DNA of 64,000 bases, taken from Toensbergia leucococca (lineage: Eukaryota). Positions within the stretch are counted from its first letter, which is position 1, and every line of letters begins with the position of its first letter. The notes below the pieces were generated by a model, which worked only from the letters and a program-made list of their open reading frames with translations, was not told where the DNA came from and ran no database searches. Both the position numbers and the translations under genes were made by a program. Shown in pieces: positions 1 to 11,232 of the stretch. Location: positions 62,001-126,000 of the forward strand of contig JALDZS010000033.1 of NCBI GenBank assembly GCA_022813965.1, read 5' to 3'.

Positions 1-156
1 GTGTATATTGGGGTGAAAGAGCCTGAGACCTTTGTTACTAAAAACAGTGGCGCAGCAAAGCTTGAGGAAGCAGGCATTAAATGTGTACATGTTCCTGGTT
101 ACGAAGAGGACATCTTGAAGATAGCTAAAGCAGGCCATGCAGAGAAGAGCCCTTGA
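1..156 (+). CDS. 3' end of a DRAP deaminase-like (riboflavin pathway, cytidine-deaminase fold) protein, partial
   Basis: Frame 1 reads VYIGVKEPETFVTKNSGAAKLEEAGIKCVHVPGYEEDILKIAKAGH..SP* (TGA 154-156). This matches the C-terminus of fungal RIB2-type deaminase domains (VYxGVxEPxxF...LEEAGI). Confidence 0.65.
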   Translation: MYIGVKEPETFVTKNSGAAKLEEAGIKCVHVPGYEEDILKIAKAGHAEKSP

Positions 157-477
157 GTCTCTCCTTTCACGATTCGTGCATTCGAACTTCGAATTGGCTC
201 AATGCGTTTCGCAAGAGACTCGTACCAATGTTTTGTGACGAGCATCACGTGCCTTCGCGTTACCTTCATTTCTGGATGATGACGAGACTAATGACGACAC
301 TCTGAACCTCGAGCATCATGACTGTAACATCCATCTACAATACTCACTTGATTCTCTTCACTTATGCGTTTCTCTATCCCTTCAAACTTTCAGCAAAGCG
401 TCAAGACCTGCTCCATTCCTAGCAAAACAACTGTACCACACCTAAGAAGACTTTCACCAATTTACTGCACCCGCAAC

Positions 478-1381
478 ATGTCTACAGGTATGTACTCGAG
501 TCTAGTGAGACAGCCTTGAATCACTTCTAATACAGTGGTACACAGGCAGCGGGGATCTCGGCATTGAAAACACCAACATCAAGACTGCTTCTGGAGTCTC
601 TCTCGATGACAATCAAAAGACACTCGTCGGAAGCATCTTGGATGTAAGATTACTCCCAAGCCATTTCCAAAATTGATAGACTAAACTACGCTTAGCTGTT
701 CGCTGGTCGTCCATCATTGAAAAAGTTATCACTGTGGGCTGATGATGCGACTTTCGAAGACCCCATTACTGTAGCTCAGGGCCGGAAGCAATATGAGCCT
801 CAATGGGTAAGCTCAATTCTTGCTCCGACCGAATTTTCTCTCTTACATATATCACAGTATGGTCTGCAGTCTGCCTTCTCGGAAATCGAGCGTCTCCACC
901 ATGAGGTGACCGATGGCGGAAACCCCATAGCCATGGACCTGAAAACCCGTTATGTCGTCAAAGGCATTGGCAAGGAACAGACAATCAACAGCAAAATCGT
1001 GATTTTTTACGACAAAGCTACTGGAAAAATCACGAAGCTCGAGGACAAGTGGGATGGTCAGCTACCGGATAGTACCTTCAAGAATGTGAGTATTGATCAG
1101 CTTTTAAATCCTTGGTGGTGGGTTCACTATGGGGAGGGATGGGCGTGGTGGATGTGGAGCTTCACTTGGGATATGTGGTGGTGGCAGGTGTGTGAGCACC
1201 AATTGCCTACCTGCCATCTGTACAACATCCAAACGCAAAGCAACTTCACTCTCAGAGTCCGGTTGGATCAATGCTGACATGGATTTCACAGGCATTCCGC
1301 AAGCTCAACTCTGTCACTGTGCCAAAGATGGTCGGAGTTCCCAAGACGGACGAGGAAGACGCACAAAAGGGCAACCAATGA
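478..1381 (+). CDS. Conserved fungal hypothetical protein, NTF2/SnoaL-like fold, 5 exons
   Basis: ATG 478; introns 488-545, about 644-696, about 807-857 and 1086-1291 (GT..AG with branch sites). The spliced product reads MSTGSGDLGIENTNIKT..ILDLFAGRPSLKKLSLWADDATFEDPIT..QWYGLQSAFSEIERL..KLEDKWDG..FKNAFRKLNSVTVPKMVGVPK..*. The ATFEDP motif is typical of SnoaL-like proteins. There is an in-frame upstream ATG at 364. Confidence 0.75.
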
Positions 1382-1477
1382 AGTGTTCAATTCTTCCACT
1401 AGTTTAATACCTTTAGCTATCTGCGTGTTCCAAAGTTTTTACTCGTTCTCAACATGACCATCCCCTTCCCAGGCATC

Positions 1478-2149
1478 TCACATAGCAGAGCCCAAAGCAC
1501 CCACCGCAGCACATATCGCCATCAACCAATCGACCCCTTTCGCCCTTCCTACCCCGCCATTCACGGTCAAAGTCACTGGCCCAGCCCCCTGAGTAGCATA
1601 TATGTCCCCTCCTGAATTGGCCACCTCGGTCTCCACAGTCCCACTCCCCTGCCTGGCAGCCACAGACGTCGTCGTAGGACTCGGTTCCACGTTCCCACTG
1701 CTACCTCCACCTGCGCTGTTCGATCCCGCCCCAGCCCCAGCCCCGGCACCATAATCCACCAACCCCTTGCAAAAGTCTCTTCGCGGGCAACATGCAACAT
1801 CCCCTGCATCATCAAAGGCGCAATTCTGGGTATCGGTGCAGCACCAGCTTGGTTCGCCAATGGTATCGCAGGATAGGGTAGAAGGGGGGCAGGAGGGGGG
1901 GATGGCAGGGGAGAAGGGGACGGTGGATGGGGCGGGGCTTGTTGGTTGCGGGGATGGGGGTGGTTGTTGGGAGGAGACTGGGCCCGGGGGAGGGTTGTCG
2001 TCGTTGTTGCTGTTGCCGTTTGTGTTGCTGGTGGAGGAGATGGTGTAGATTGCGGGGCTGTAGGAGAGGTAATTTAGGGTCGTTGAGGCGGGGGTGGGAG
2101 GTGGGAGGAGGAGGAGGAGAGAGAGGAGAAGGGGAAGAAGGGAGGGCAT
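1478..2149 (-). CDS. Secreted, probably GPI-anchored, Cys-cluster Ser/Thr/Gly-rich protein
   Basis: The signal peptide MPSLLPLLLSLLLLLPP starts at ATG 2149. It has a C-x6-C...CC-x5-C...CCP..C cluster, a low-complexity spacer and a hydrophobic C-terminus (WLMAICAAVGALGSAM). Confidence 0.7.
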   Translation of the reverse strand: MPSLLPLLLSLLLLLPPPTPASTTLNYLSYSPAIYTISSTSNTNGNSNNDDNPPPGPVSSQQPPPSPQPTSPAPSTVPFSPAIPPSCPPSTLSCDTIGEPSWCCTDTQNCAFDDAGDVACCPRRDFCKGLVDYGAGAGAGAGSNSAGGGSSGNVEPSPTTTSVAARQGSGTVETEVANSGGDIYATQGAGPVTLTVNGGVGRAKGVDWLMAICAAVGALGSAM

Positions 2150-2730
2150 ATTGTTTTCTTGGTTTGTTTGAGGGTTGGGTAGGAGTGGGTGCTGTTGCTT
2201 GAGGGGTTTGGGATTTTTAGGAAGTTGGAGAGGCTTCAAGGAACATGTATGAAGATGAGGAAGGACGGAGAGGGTAATCTTTGGGTTGGCAAATAGGGAT
2301 GGATGCATATAGGCATGACGGGTATTTTGTGAGATGGATTGCTTTTTGCTTGGTTTTATTCTTTGCTGGTGATGAAAGTTTTTGTAGGTTGTAAATACGG
2401 TACGAAATCGAGTGAGACGTGGGGAGATTTCCGATGAAATCGATCAGTTGACTTTTGCTAGTGGCTTGTTTGATGCTTGATGTGTGCTTGTGTTGAGAGC
2501 GAGCAAACTACCTACACTGTATTATAAGAGGGGGAAGAAAGGAGATAGGTTGTGCGTGTGATTAGTAGGTGGTATGCAGTGGTACGAGGGGAGAGTGAAA
2601 TCAGCCAGCTAATGAAATTATCAATCCATCAACATCACATTGCAATGTAGGTATACTGTAATAACATTCAATTCTCATCATCATGATGTACATTCACACC
2701 TGATTAATAGCTGCTGATGTATGAACGCCG

Positions 2731-3502
2731 CTTTTTGATAGGTGTACACCCCCCCCTCTCCCTCAGACGCAATATCACTGAGGGAAATTTTATCATTCTG
2801 CATCATGTCTTGCCTTAATATCTCATCACTTTTGCATGTCTTATATCTTCTCAACTGCATGTCATTTAGTAGCAGGCTGTACATAGAGAATTATCATGAT
2901 TTCACACCTGATTCTGACTTGATTTCCCTCACCCTCAGGCGCACAATCACCTCTCAGGCACATGATCACCTCATGCATAGAGAATTATCATGATTTCACA
3001 TCACATTAGCAATTGATTCTCTATCGCTATATAACTCATTTACTCATTCTATCTGTGTGTCATCTAAAAGTCAAATTACTTAGGAGGAAAAGCATGCTTT
3101 TGTATCACATTCTGACTTGATTCCCCCACCTTCAGGCGCACAATCACCTCTCTGAGCGCAAAAACATCATGATTCTGAATCACCTCCTTTCAAAATCATG
3201 AGACACTCTATTATCTACAGAAACTCTATCTCATGCCCCTCTAAATGAGGATTCAGAGTCATGAGATAGAGGTAGATCAAAATTTATGATATTGCGCCTG
3301 AGGTGAAGAATTAAGTGAAAATGTGATACAATATCAGGATAATTCTCTAGATAATTTGACTTCTAGATGACACACAAATGAGACAAGTAAATGACTTGTG
3401 AAGTGATGAGAAATTGAGGCAAGATGTGATGCAGAATGATAAAATTTCCCTCAGTGATATTGCGCCTGAGGGGTGAAGGGGGGGGTGTACAGGTATCAAA
3501 AG
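2731..3502. mobile_element. Non-autonomous foldback/MITE-like element with long modular inverted repeats, CpG-eroded
   Basis: 2731-about 2868 is an imperfect reverse complement of about 3363-3502 (shared core GCAATATCACTGAGGGAAATTTTATCATTCTGCATCA). A second nested pair is about 3053-3145 / 3283-3375. The module CCTCAGGCGCA lies near 2761, 2933 and 3130 and is inverted near 3293 and 3461. There is no transposase ORF. Confidence 0.7.
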
Positions 3503-3747
3503 GGGGTGTACACATATCATCAGTCTATCAATATCTATGAGATTGTTGATGATATCTAGTGTTGTGATTGATGATATCAAAGAAGTCTGTCTGCAAAATC
3601 TGAAAATCAAGATTCAAGTTTTGTGATTTCACGATGTTGCGGTAAGTAACAGTTAGGCTTCCTTACAAATCCATCAATCAGTGACAGTGAGACTCTATCA
3701 CCATCCCCCATTCCAGAGTACACCCTCATCCCCGCATCCACAATGCC

Positions 3748-5067
3748 ATGCCCACACCCTCCCCACTAATCCCCTACCACCCCGCCTCCCTCTTCCCCCT
3801 CTCCCCCACCTACAACACCTGGGCCAAACTCACAGCCGCAACACTCCACTCCCTGCACTCCCTCCCTGGTTTCGAAGGTAAAAAACCCTCCCCTCCCCCT
3901 CGTAAAAAAAGCAAATCAAAAAAAAAATAAGAAACAAAACTCCTTCCAACTAAACAACACTGGCCTGCAAATAAAACAGGCCAAAAAACCTACTTCCACC
4001 TGAACCACCCCATAAAATGGGCCTCCCTCACCGGCCTAATCGTCGCCGTGGACGCCTACCCAACGCGCTGGATCATCGTCCTCGACGACAGCAGCGGCGC
4101 CACCATCGAAGTGACGTGCGCGCGTGAAAAGCCTGATGCTGTGCCCGCTACTAAGGATGGCAAGGAGCTCGCGAGCGAAAAGATGATGGGCGTCACAGCT
4201 ACAGGACGGACGATCGATATGAGTGGCATCGAAGTGGGTGCGGTCGTCAAGGTCAAGGGCGGCATCGGGCAATGGAGAGAGGAGAAGCAGGTGGAGCTTG
4301 AGCGGATAAGTGCGTTTCCCCCCCCTCTCCCCTTCCACACCACCCCAATCCCCACCAAAAAATCTACCCCTGAACAATTCCCACAAACCCTAAACTTCTG
4401 CAAAGACCTCATCCCCACCACCTACGAAGAAACCCTCTGCTGGGCCGCCACCACCGCCTTCCACACCACAGTCCTCTCAAAACCCTGGATCCTAACCCCG
4501 GAACAACAAAAGCGACAACTGCACCTGCAGCAGCAGCAGCGCCAAACCGCCACCGCCGACAAAAAAGCCCGGCGGGAGCTGATGAAAAGAAAAAAGGCTA
4601 AAAAAGCAAAAGAGGAGCAACAGCAGCAGCAGCAGCCACGCGAAAAAGGCAGGGAGGAGCAACACCAACCATCCAAGGCCCAAAAAAGCAAATCCAATCC
4701 TCCTCCTCCTCCTCCTCCTCAAAGAAGTCACCAAGACCCCAACCCAAACAGCAGAACCAACAACAAAAACCCCCAACAAACATCCCCCTCAAACCACTCC
4801 CCCCCCAAACCCCTCAACCCACATCTTTTTAAAAATCCAAACCCACCCCCCACAAAAACGGCGCCCTCGATTCCCCAACCCCAGCAGCAACAACAACAAC
4901 AACACACGCATCAGAACCTCAAAAAACAGTACCCGACGACGCACCAGCACCTCGCAGTCCTAAAAGCCGCCGCTGTTGCAGATCCCGAGGCTGTAGCTGC
5001 AGCGGCGAGGAAATCCCGTCCGTTTCCGCAGGGGGGAGGAGGTCGGTTTGATGCGTTGGGGCTTTGA
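3748..5067 (+). CDS. STN1: CST complex subunit Stn1-like OB-fold telomere protein
   Basis: Spliced through intron 3878-3979 and a probable in-frame intron 4310-4405: ..SPTYNTWAKLTA..PGFEGQKTYFHLNHPIKWASLTGLIVAVD..IVLDDSSGATIEV..VVKVKGGIGQWREEKQVELERI..EETLCW. This is the fungal Stn1 N-terminal OB signature. The C-terminus is low-complexity Q/P/K. Confidence 0.8.
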
Positions 5068-5422
5068 TGGTGGGGTGCTGGAGGGGGGGTTGGATGAGGT
5101 TGAATGATTGGGGGAAGCGGAATTCGATAGTGCTTGGGAAAGGGCGTTTTGGAGGATTTGTGCTTGGGCTTTTGGGCTTGGATTGATGTTGGATTTGATT
5201 GCTGGATTGCCTTTTGGTCAACTTGAAAAGGCCATGTATAGGCCGGCACTCGCGATGAGATGGAATGAATCACACGAATCATCATGATCGACTTGCCGGA
5301 GCGAAAAAACCATACCCAATTCATCCACCCAAGAATATAAAATTTATAGACATGGAAACCCTCTCCCCACCCCCAAACCCAGAAACCCTTGGAACAGTCA
5401 CCAGGACTACTCTGATTTTTCT

Positions 5423-8400
5423 CTATCCCTCCTCTCCCTCCTCATCCCACCCTCCACTCCCAACCAACCAACCCCGAACCTTCCCCCTCACTCCTTTCAG
5501 CTCCCTCCCCAACGCCTCCTCCCATTGCCCCTCCACAACCCCAACCTTTTCCTTTAAATCATCCGTCAACCGACCCTCCTCCCTCCTCTTCCCCTCCACG
5601 CCGCCTTCTCCAGCCCCTTCGCTTTCTTCAACCCGACACCTCGCCGTCAAAGCCCCCGACTTGATCTCATGGAGTAGACAGAGTAAATTGATCTGGCTCT
5701 CAATAAACTGATAGCTGCTCTGTTGCGCGTGCACGAGGAGCGAGTAGAGATATTGCAGCGGGTGCTCGTAGTAGCTCGGGTTCTCATCGTACTCGCCGCA
5801 TGGAATCTGCACCTCGAAGCCACGCAAATCGTGCGGGACTCTCTGCAGCAATTGCAGCAGCGAGGGCGCAATGTCCCAGAAAGCAGAGAGCTGGACTTCA
5901 ACGCCGCGGACGACGTTGACTTCGATGACAGTCTGGAAGGCCTCGTATCGTGCCGAGACCGTTTTCTCAAACGCAAGTCTACGATCCCAGGCGTCTTTAA
6001 GGAAAAATGATTCCGCGTCTGCGAGCTTCTCATGGTTGCGGGATTGCTTATAGGGGAGGAGGACGATGGCTTTGTATTTATCGTTGCGCTCACTGAGAAG
6101 ATTGTAAATTTCATGGTGAAGGGATTCGCGGGCTTCGAAGAGCCATTTCAGCTGCGTGAGCTTTTCCAGGAGTTCGGGTTGTTCGTCACCTTCCTCCTGG
6201 GGCAGATTGGGACTGTGTTGTTGGGCGTCAGAGAAGAGGCGATTGCTGAGTTGGTCGATAGATGTCGTAGCTTGATTGATGCGCTCGGAGAATAGAGAGT
6301 GAAGTGGGGAAACAACGGTGCTTTGGAAGAAGTCGAATTCGACTTGCGTGATGTTCTTTTCAGATTGGGCCTCCTTTGCTTCAATTTCTGCTTCAGCCTG
6401 ATCGAATTGTGCCTGTGAGATCTCACCGTGCTCTATTCGAAACTGCATGTCCTGGCCATGCAGAGAGCGTTGATGCACACACCACGAGTCAGCCCTCTGG
6501 CGCTTTTCTAGGATTTGCGATCGAAAAGATTCCTTGACTATGCCTACTTCGCCGAGATCATTGAGTGATCGCACTATGGCCCTAATACTTGCAAGATCAG
6601 GGTGACTATTATTGACTGCTGGATGATGGCGTGGATATGGAGGTGGTAACGTAACCAGGCGGGAAATATCTAGTTTTCTAGGATCTGGGGTATATGGTGC
6701 TGACTGAGGAGTTGGTGGGTGCGGAGGGGGTGGTGGTAGTGACGAAGAATCGTTGTGCCAGCCAACTTTTTCGGGAGGATACTCATCGGCACCATTGAAT
6801 GTCTCTTGGCTCGATCTGATAGGCCGTCTTGGCTGCTTGAAGGCTGAAGTCAACACGCCATTTTCGTATGAGCTCGGCGATATACGCGCTTCTCTTGGTA
6901 GTCCCATGTATTTCGATTCCCGCTTGGATCTTTCGAGGACTTTAAAAGCGTCTCCGGGAGCAGACCCACTCGAATTGCTCTCCCACCATCGACTCGGGGT
7001 TCTCCCACGGGAATCCATTTCACCACGTCCAGTCCCGACACTAATACTAGCAATTGGCGAGAGGCATGGTACGTAGTCTTTCCACGCCGAAGATTCTGGG
7101 TTTTGAAGAATGATATTTTGATTGGTCGATAAATCACGGTCCCCATGCACCGCAGAAGATACTTGTCGCCCATGGATGGTGGACATGCGCACGCTAGATA
7201 GACTTCGGTCTCGCCTTCGATGGTTTACTACGGCTTTGGTGCTCTCCTGGGAATTACTAGGGGTCTCGTACTTGGCTGTTTCAGCGAATAGGCCACGTAT
7301 CAAATCATCAATATCAATGTCATCCTCTTCAAAGACATCAGCATATCGGTCTCTACGAATTCTCGACTCGGCAATGATGAACCGCGTGAACAGATCTAAT
7401 CTCTCCGAATCGTTGCTAGCAGTGGCTTCGCGTTCAGCAAAATTACGGTGCCGTTCGATGGCCCGTCTAGCGAATTCTGTCGGACTACCCGGACTTAACA
7501 GATCGTCGACTGTTTGCTCGCTGGATTTGCTTGGTGGAATCTGGACCGAAACTGCCACATTTTGTGGTAGCTGGGATATTGGGCGCTCATCATTTGACCG
7601 TGGAAGGTCGAGAGACAATCGAGCGCGTTTGTCGTTGAGACGCTGTGGAGGCGGTGTAGGGAGTGATTTCGGCGGCAAACAAGGTGATGTATAACTCTGA
7701 GCTAAAGGCTGTTGGAAAGCGTCCCTACATGGAGAAAACGGCGGCGTAGGCGTCGTGTTCACCGGAAAATGTTTTGAGCGGGTGGACTCTGGTCGAGGTG
7801 TAGAGCGAGAGGACTCAAAAGATGCAGCTTGATCAGGCGAAAGACGCGAATTTGCGCTATTTACTGCATCCTCCAGATCACGTACACTCGTACCACTCTT
7901 TGGTGGTGACTTAATGGTATCTCTTCGCCTCGATGGACTGTTTCCACTGAATGGTAATATCAAGTCTGTTGGCTTGACATCTTCCAGTGCCTCTGGCCAT
8001 GCATTTGAAGTGCTTGAGATGGCGCTCCAATCTTCGTGAGCCCTTCCAGGACCGTTCCTACTTTCGCTACGCCGCTCTCGAATACCTTTTGCGCTTCGAT
8101 TCCTCACAGCAGGACTTCGGAAAAGCATTCCACTGTAAGATTCTCCGCGGGTATGAGAAAAACTTAAATTGTCGGCAGTTTTGGAGGATAGCACGTAAGA
8201 ACCATCACTGGGATTTGTTCCCTTGTCTCGAATACCGGTTGTATCTATGTGCAACGGGGCTGGACCGTTCGAGCTGTTTGGCCACGTAGTTTGATATCTA
8301 GTAGATTCATCTTCTTTCCAATCGGCAGGAGTCGGCGGCACAGGATCGAGGCACGTTCCATGACCTGGTGGCCGTCGAACACGAGGCGCAGAGACAGGTG

Positions 8401-9548
8401 GAAAATCAGACATGGAGATTTCACCCGACCTGCTCAGGCTCTGAGATCGAGCACCGGCTGGCGGAGGTCCTGGCGGTGGAGGAGGCAACGGCATACCTGG
8501 CTCCCAAGTGTTCTGACTGGGTGAGCGACTCACTGACCGTGATGATGGTCCACTCAATCCAATGCCTCCTGTTGATGCTGCTCTTCGGGATGCCGGGGGT
8601 CGCATCAAACCTTCGTTATATATGTCATCGGGGGTGCTTGCTAGCGCTTGAGCAGTATTTTCTTGCAAGGCATCGATTGCCGTCACTGGAGATGCTGTAC
8701 TTGTATATTTTACCCTTGACGTCAATGACGATAGTAGCCTGTCTGCATGATTCTTGGAGGATGACCGATCTCGATGCCCTTTAGTCGAAGGTGGCGGAGG
8801 TGGAAATGCAGCTGGACCAACAACGGGTGAGTCGTTCGTGAACAGTGAAGACCGGAATTGGGGAGACCGGCCGCTCTGGATTCTCGCAGAGGCATCAGGA
8901 GAAATCGTTGTAGCTGCACTAATTGGGGAGTTGTATTGAGAAGGTTCTGTGCCAGGTGATACAGTATCGGATGGCGAAACAGTCGAAGTAGTACTGCGTA
9001 CCTGATCCTGGTGTTCTTGAGATCGACGAGGAGAATATGGAGGCGGAGGAGAGGCAACAGGCTCTGTAAAGATTGTCATTAGGCTCTCATTTCTTTGTCT
9101 TCCATGCAGAATTGGGCATACCGTCTGGGCCCATTGGTTGCGCCGTGGATACAACAACCCTCGTGGATTGACTTGGCTGTCTAGAAGCTACCGTTGAAGC
9201 TGATGCTGGACTGGGTGAAGCGTTGCTCGAGAGACGCCACTGTTGAGGATTATAAGGGGCATTGAAGCCGGCTGGGTTTCTCAATGCCATGGGTGATGTC
9301 CCTCTAAGCAAAGCTCCTGGCGAGGCAGGATATGGTGACGAGTGATGAACGGAGAATGGGCTGCTTAACGAGGTGGTCGAGACAGGCGTCTGACCAGTCA
9401 CGCCAATACCAAGGCCAAAGCTGTGAACATTCCCAAGGGTCGTGGTCTGGAGACTTGGAGGCTGAATGGCATGTTGACGGCGTCTCGGGTTTGTAGGCAG
9501 GTGTCTGTCAGGTTCAGGTGACAGAGGATGCGGATACTGGAGACTCAT
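5423..9548 (-). CDS. Large (about 1355 aa) uncharacterised protein: Pro/Ser-rich N-terminal half, helical/coiled-coil C-terminal domain
   Basis: Exon 1 runs from ATG 9548 (MSLQYPH) and is joined in frame by a 58-nt intron (9064-9121) to the 1244-aa ORF. It carries PPPY motifs and a helical C-terminal region. Confidence 0.85.
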
Positions 9549-10526
9549 ATTGATAATAGAAGCAGAGAGGCCTCGCAACAGGCCCTCTAATTGTTGGTCA
9601 CAGCATTGAAGAGGAAAGCGGGATGAAACACGGCGACGAGAATAGTTATTGTGGAGTTGGAGAATCAGTCCTAAAGGACTGGCTCCTGCTGCGAGTAGGG
9701 CTCATGCTGTTTGGATCAAGCGCGAGCATGTCGAACATCTTGGGATGCATGGTCATTGGTGGATGGATGTGCTGGCTCGACTTCTGCATGAGGCTTCTGA
9801 TGCTACTGCCAGCCACTGCATCTATTAATTGCATTTTCCATCCTCAGTCGGCCAATGAGCGTCGCCATCACACATCGGCGCTTAAAATGCCAAGCCTCAG
9901 CGTCCTCCATTTATTCCGCTCTTCACAGAATTATTTTGGACGACCTAACAGCCGGCCGACCATAAGTTAACTACCTTACCTACCTAGATACTCGTACCCC
10001 TCCTACCTTATGTTAGGAATATTATCCAACGTGCTTTGTACCACCATTTCCTTGGCTTGCTGTTTGTTTAAACTTTCACCCGCCAAAGAAGTAATTGAAG
10101 CTCTCACAGAACTGAATTCTGCAGAATATTTAAAGACTTGATCACTCAACAAAAATGCAGAGTAACATGCTAGAAGATCCCTGAGCAGCTTTTTATTTTC
10201 AGTCCATCTGTTCATCTTGTAAGTAGGGTAATTTTAGTAGACATTAAAATCATGACTTTTTATTTTATTACTTATTCAAACCTTATCCAATAGCAGTCGA
10301 TAAAAAAAGGCTGCATGTATTTTGCTCGGGCTTGAAATGAAGAGAACATTTTTTTGCTATTATGGCAAAATATTTTGGGCGGAATTTGAACAAAGAATTA
10401 GTCTTATACCACATTCACACATATACATCTATCATAAATGAATGACTATCTACGATTCCGTTTTGATCGCCATACAAATGTGGAAGTTCGAAGTACTCAT
10501 AAGGTATAAAACTTCGTTTCCATGCC

Positions 10527-11232
10527 TTACAAGACAAGCCCGTCGAGGGCGGCACCCAGCCCTAGCAAGAGTCCATCAACCAATTGCTTTACAACCGCAA
10601 GTAAATCATCTACAACCACGTCAAGGGCAACGAGTAGGTTACCAAGGGCCGTAACCAAAGGTCCCGCGAAGGCTAGGGTAGTAGCTATTGTTTATCAATC
10701 AGCATACCGAGTTCAACTCCACTGACTTCACATTTTCTTACTGAGGCCTAGATCTGCAATGACACCGTTCAATGCACCACCAATGTCGAGCAGGATATTC
10801 TCGAGGATGCCGGCAAGAGCAGTAGTGGAAGCGGGAGCCTGACGTTTGTCCAATGACCGATTGGGAAGAGCATTCACCTCAGCTGTGGAAGCCACAACAG
10901 CAGCCGTCATGGATTTCACGTTCGAGTGTATGCTGTCAGCAGCAGCATTTTTCTCCGCCGGAGTAGTATCCGATTTGTAGGCGGCCGTTGTAGAGTCTAG
11001 CCATTACATTGTTAAATGGCAGCTCTCAGAGGATGAAGAGGAAGATTTGGTATAACATAAGGGATTACTGACTGATCTGTGCGTCATGTGTCTGAACAGT
11101 GGAATAAAGCGAGGTAACAATGTCCATAGGGTCGCTAGCACGCTTCACCAGACCCGTATCGCTCGTGGGGAGGGAGAGAACATTTGTGATGGAAGTAGCC
11201 AAGGTTAGGAAGGAAAAGAACGTTGTCTTCAT
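10527..11232 (-). CDS. Small secreted protein (190 aa), Leu/Val-rich amphipathic C-terminus, Sc15-like
   Basis: Three exons (11232-11073, 10996-10742, 10684-10527; 573 nt in total). It has the signal peptide MKTTFFSFLTLATSITNVLSLP, two KR sites and the C-terminus LLVALDVVVDDLLAVVKQLVDGLLLGLGAALDGLVL*. The ORF track caught only part of it. Confidence 0.8.

Noticed and set aside
4387..4500. CCCTAA-like words within STN1 (and GGGTTAGGG near 29793) suggesting telomeric repeats or a telomerase template
   Set aside because: They are single isolated copies in C-rich or G-rich coding or intronic context, with no tandem array.
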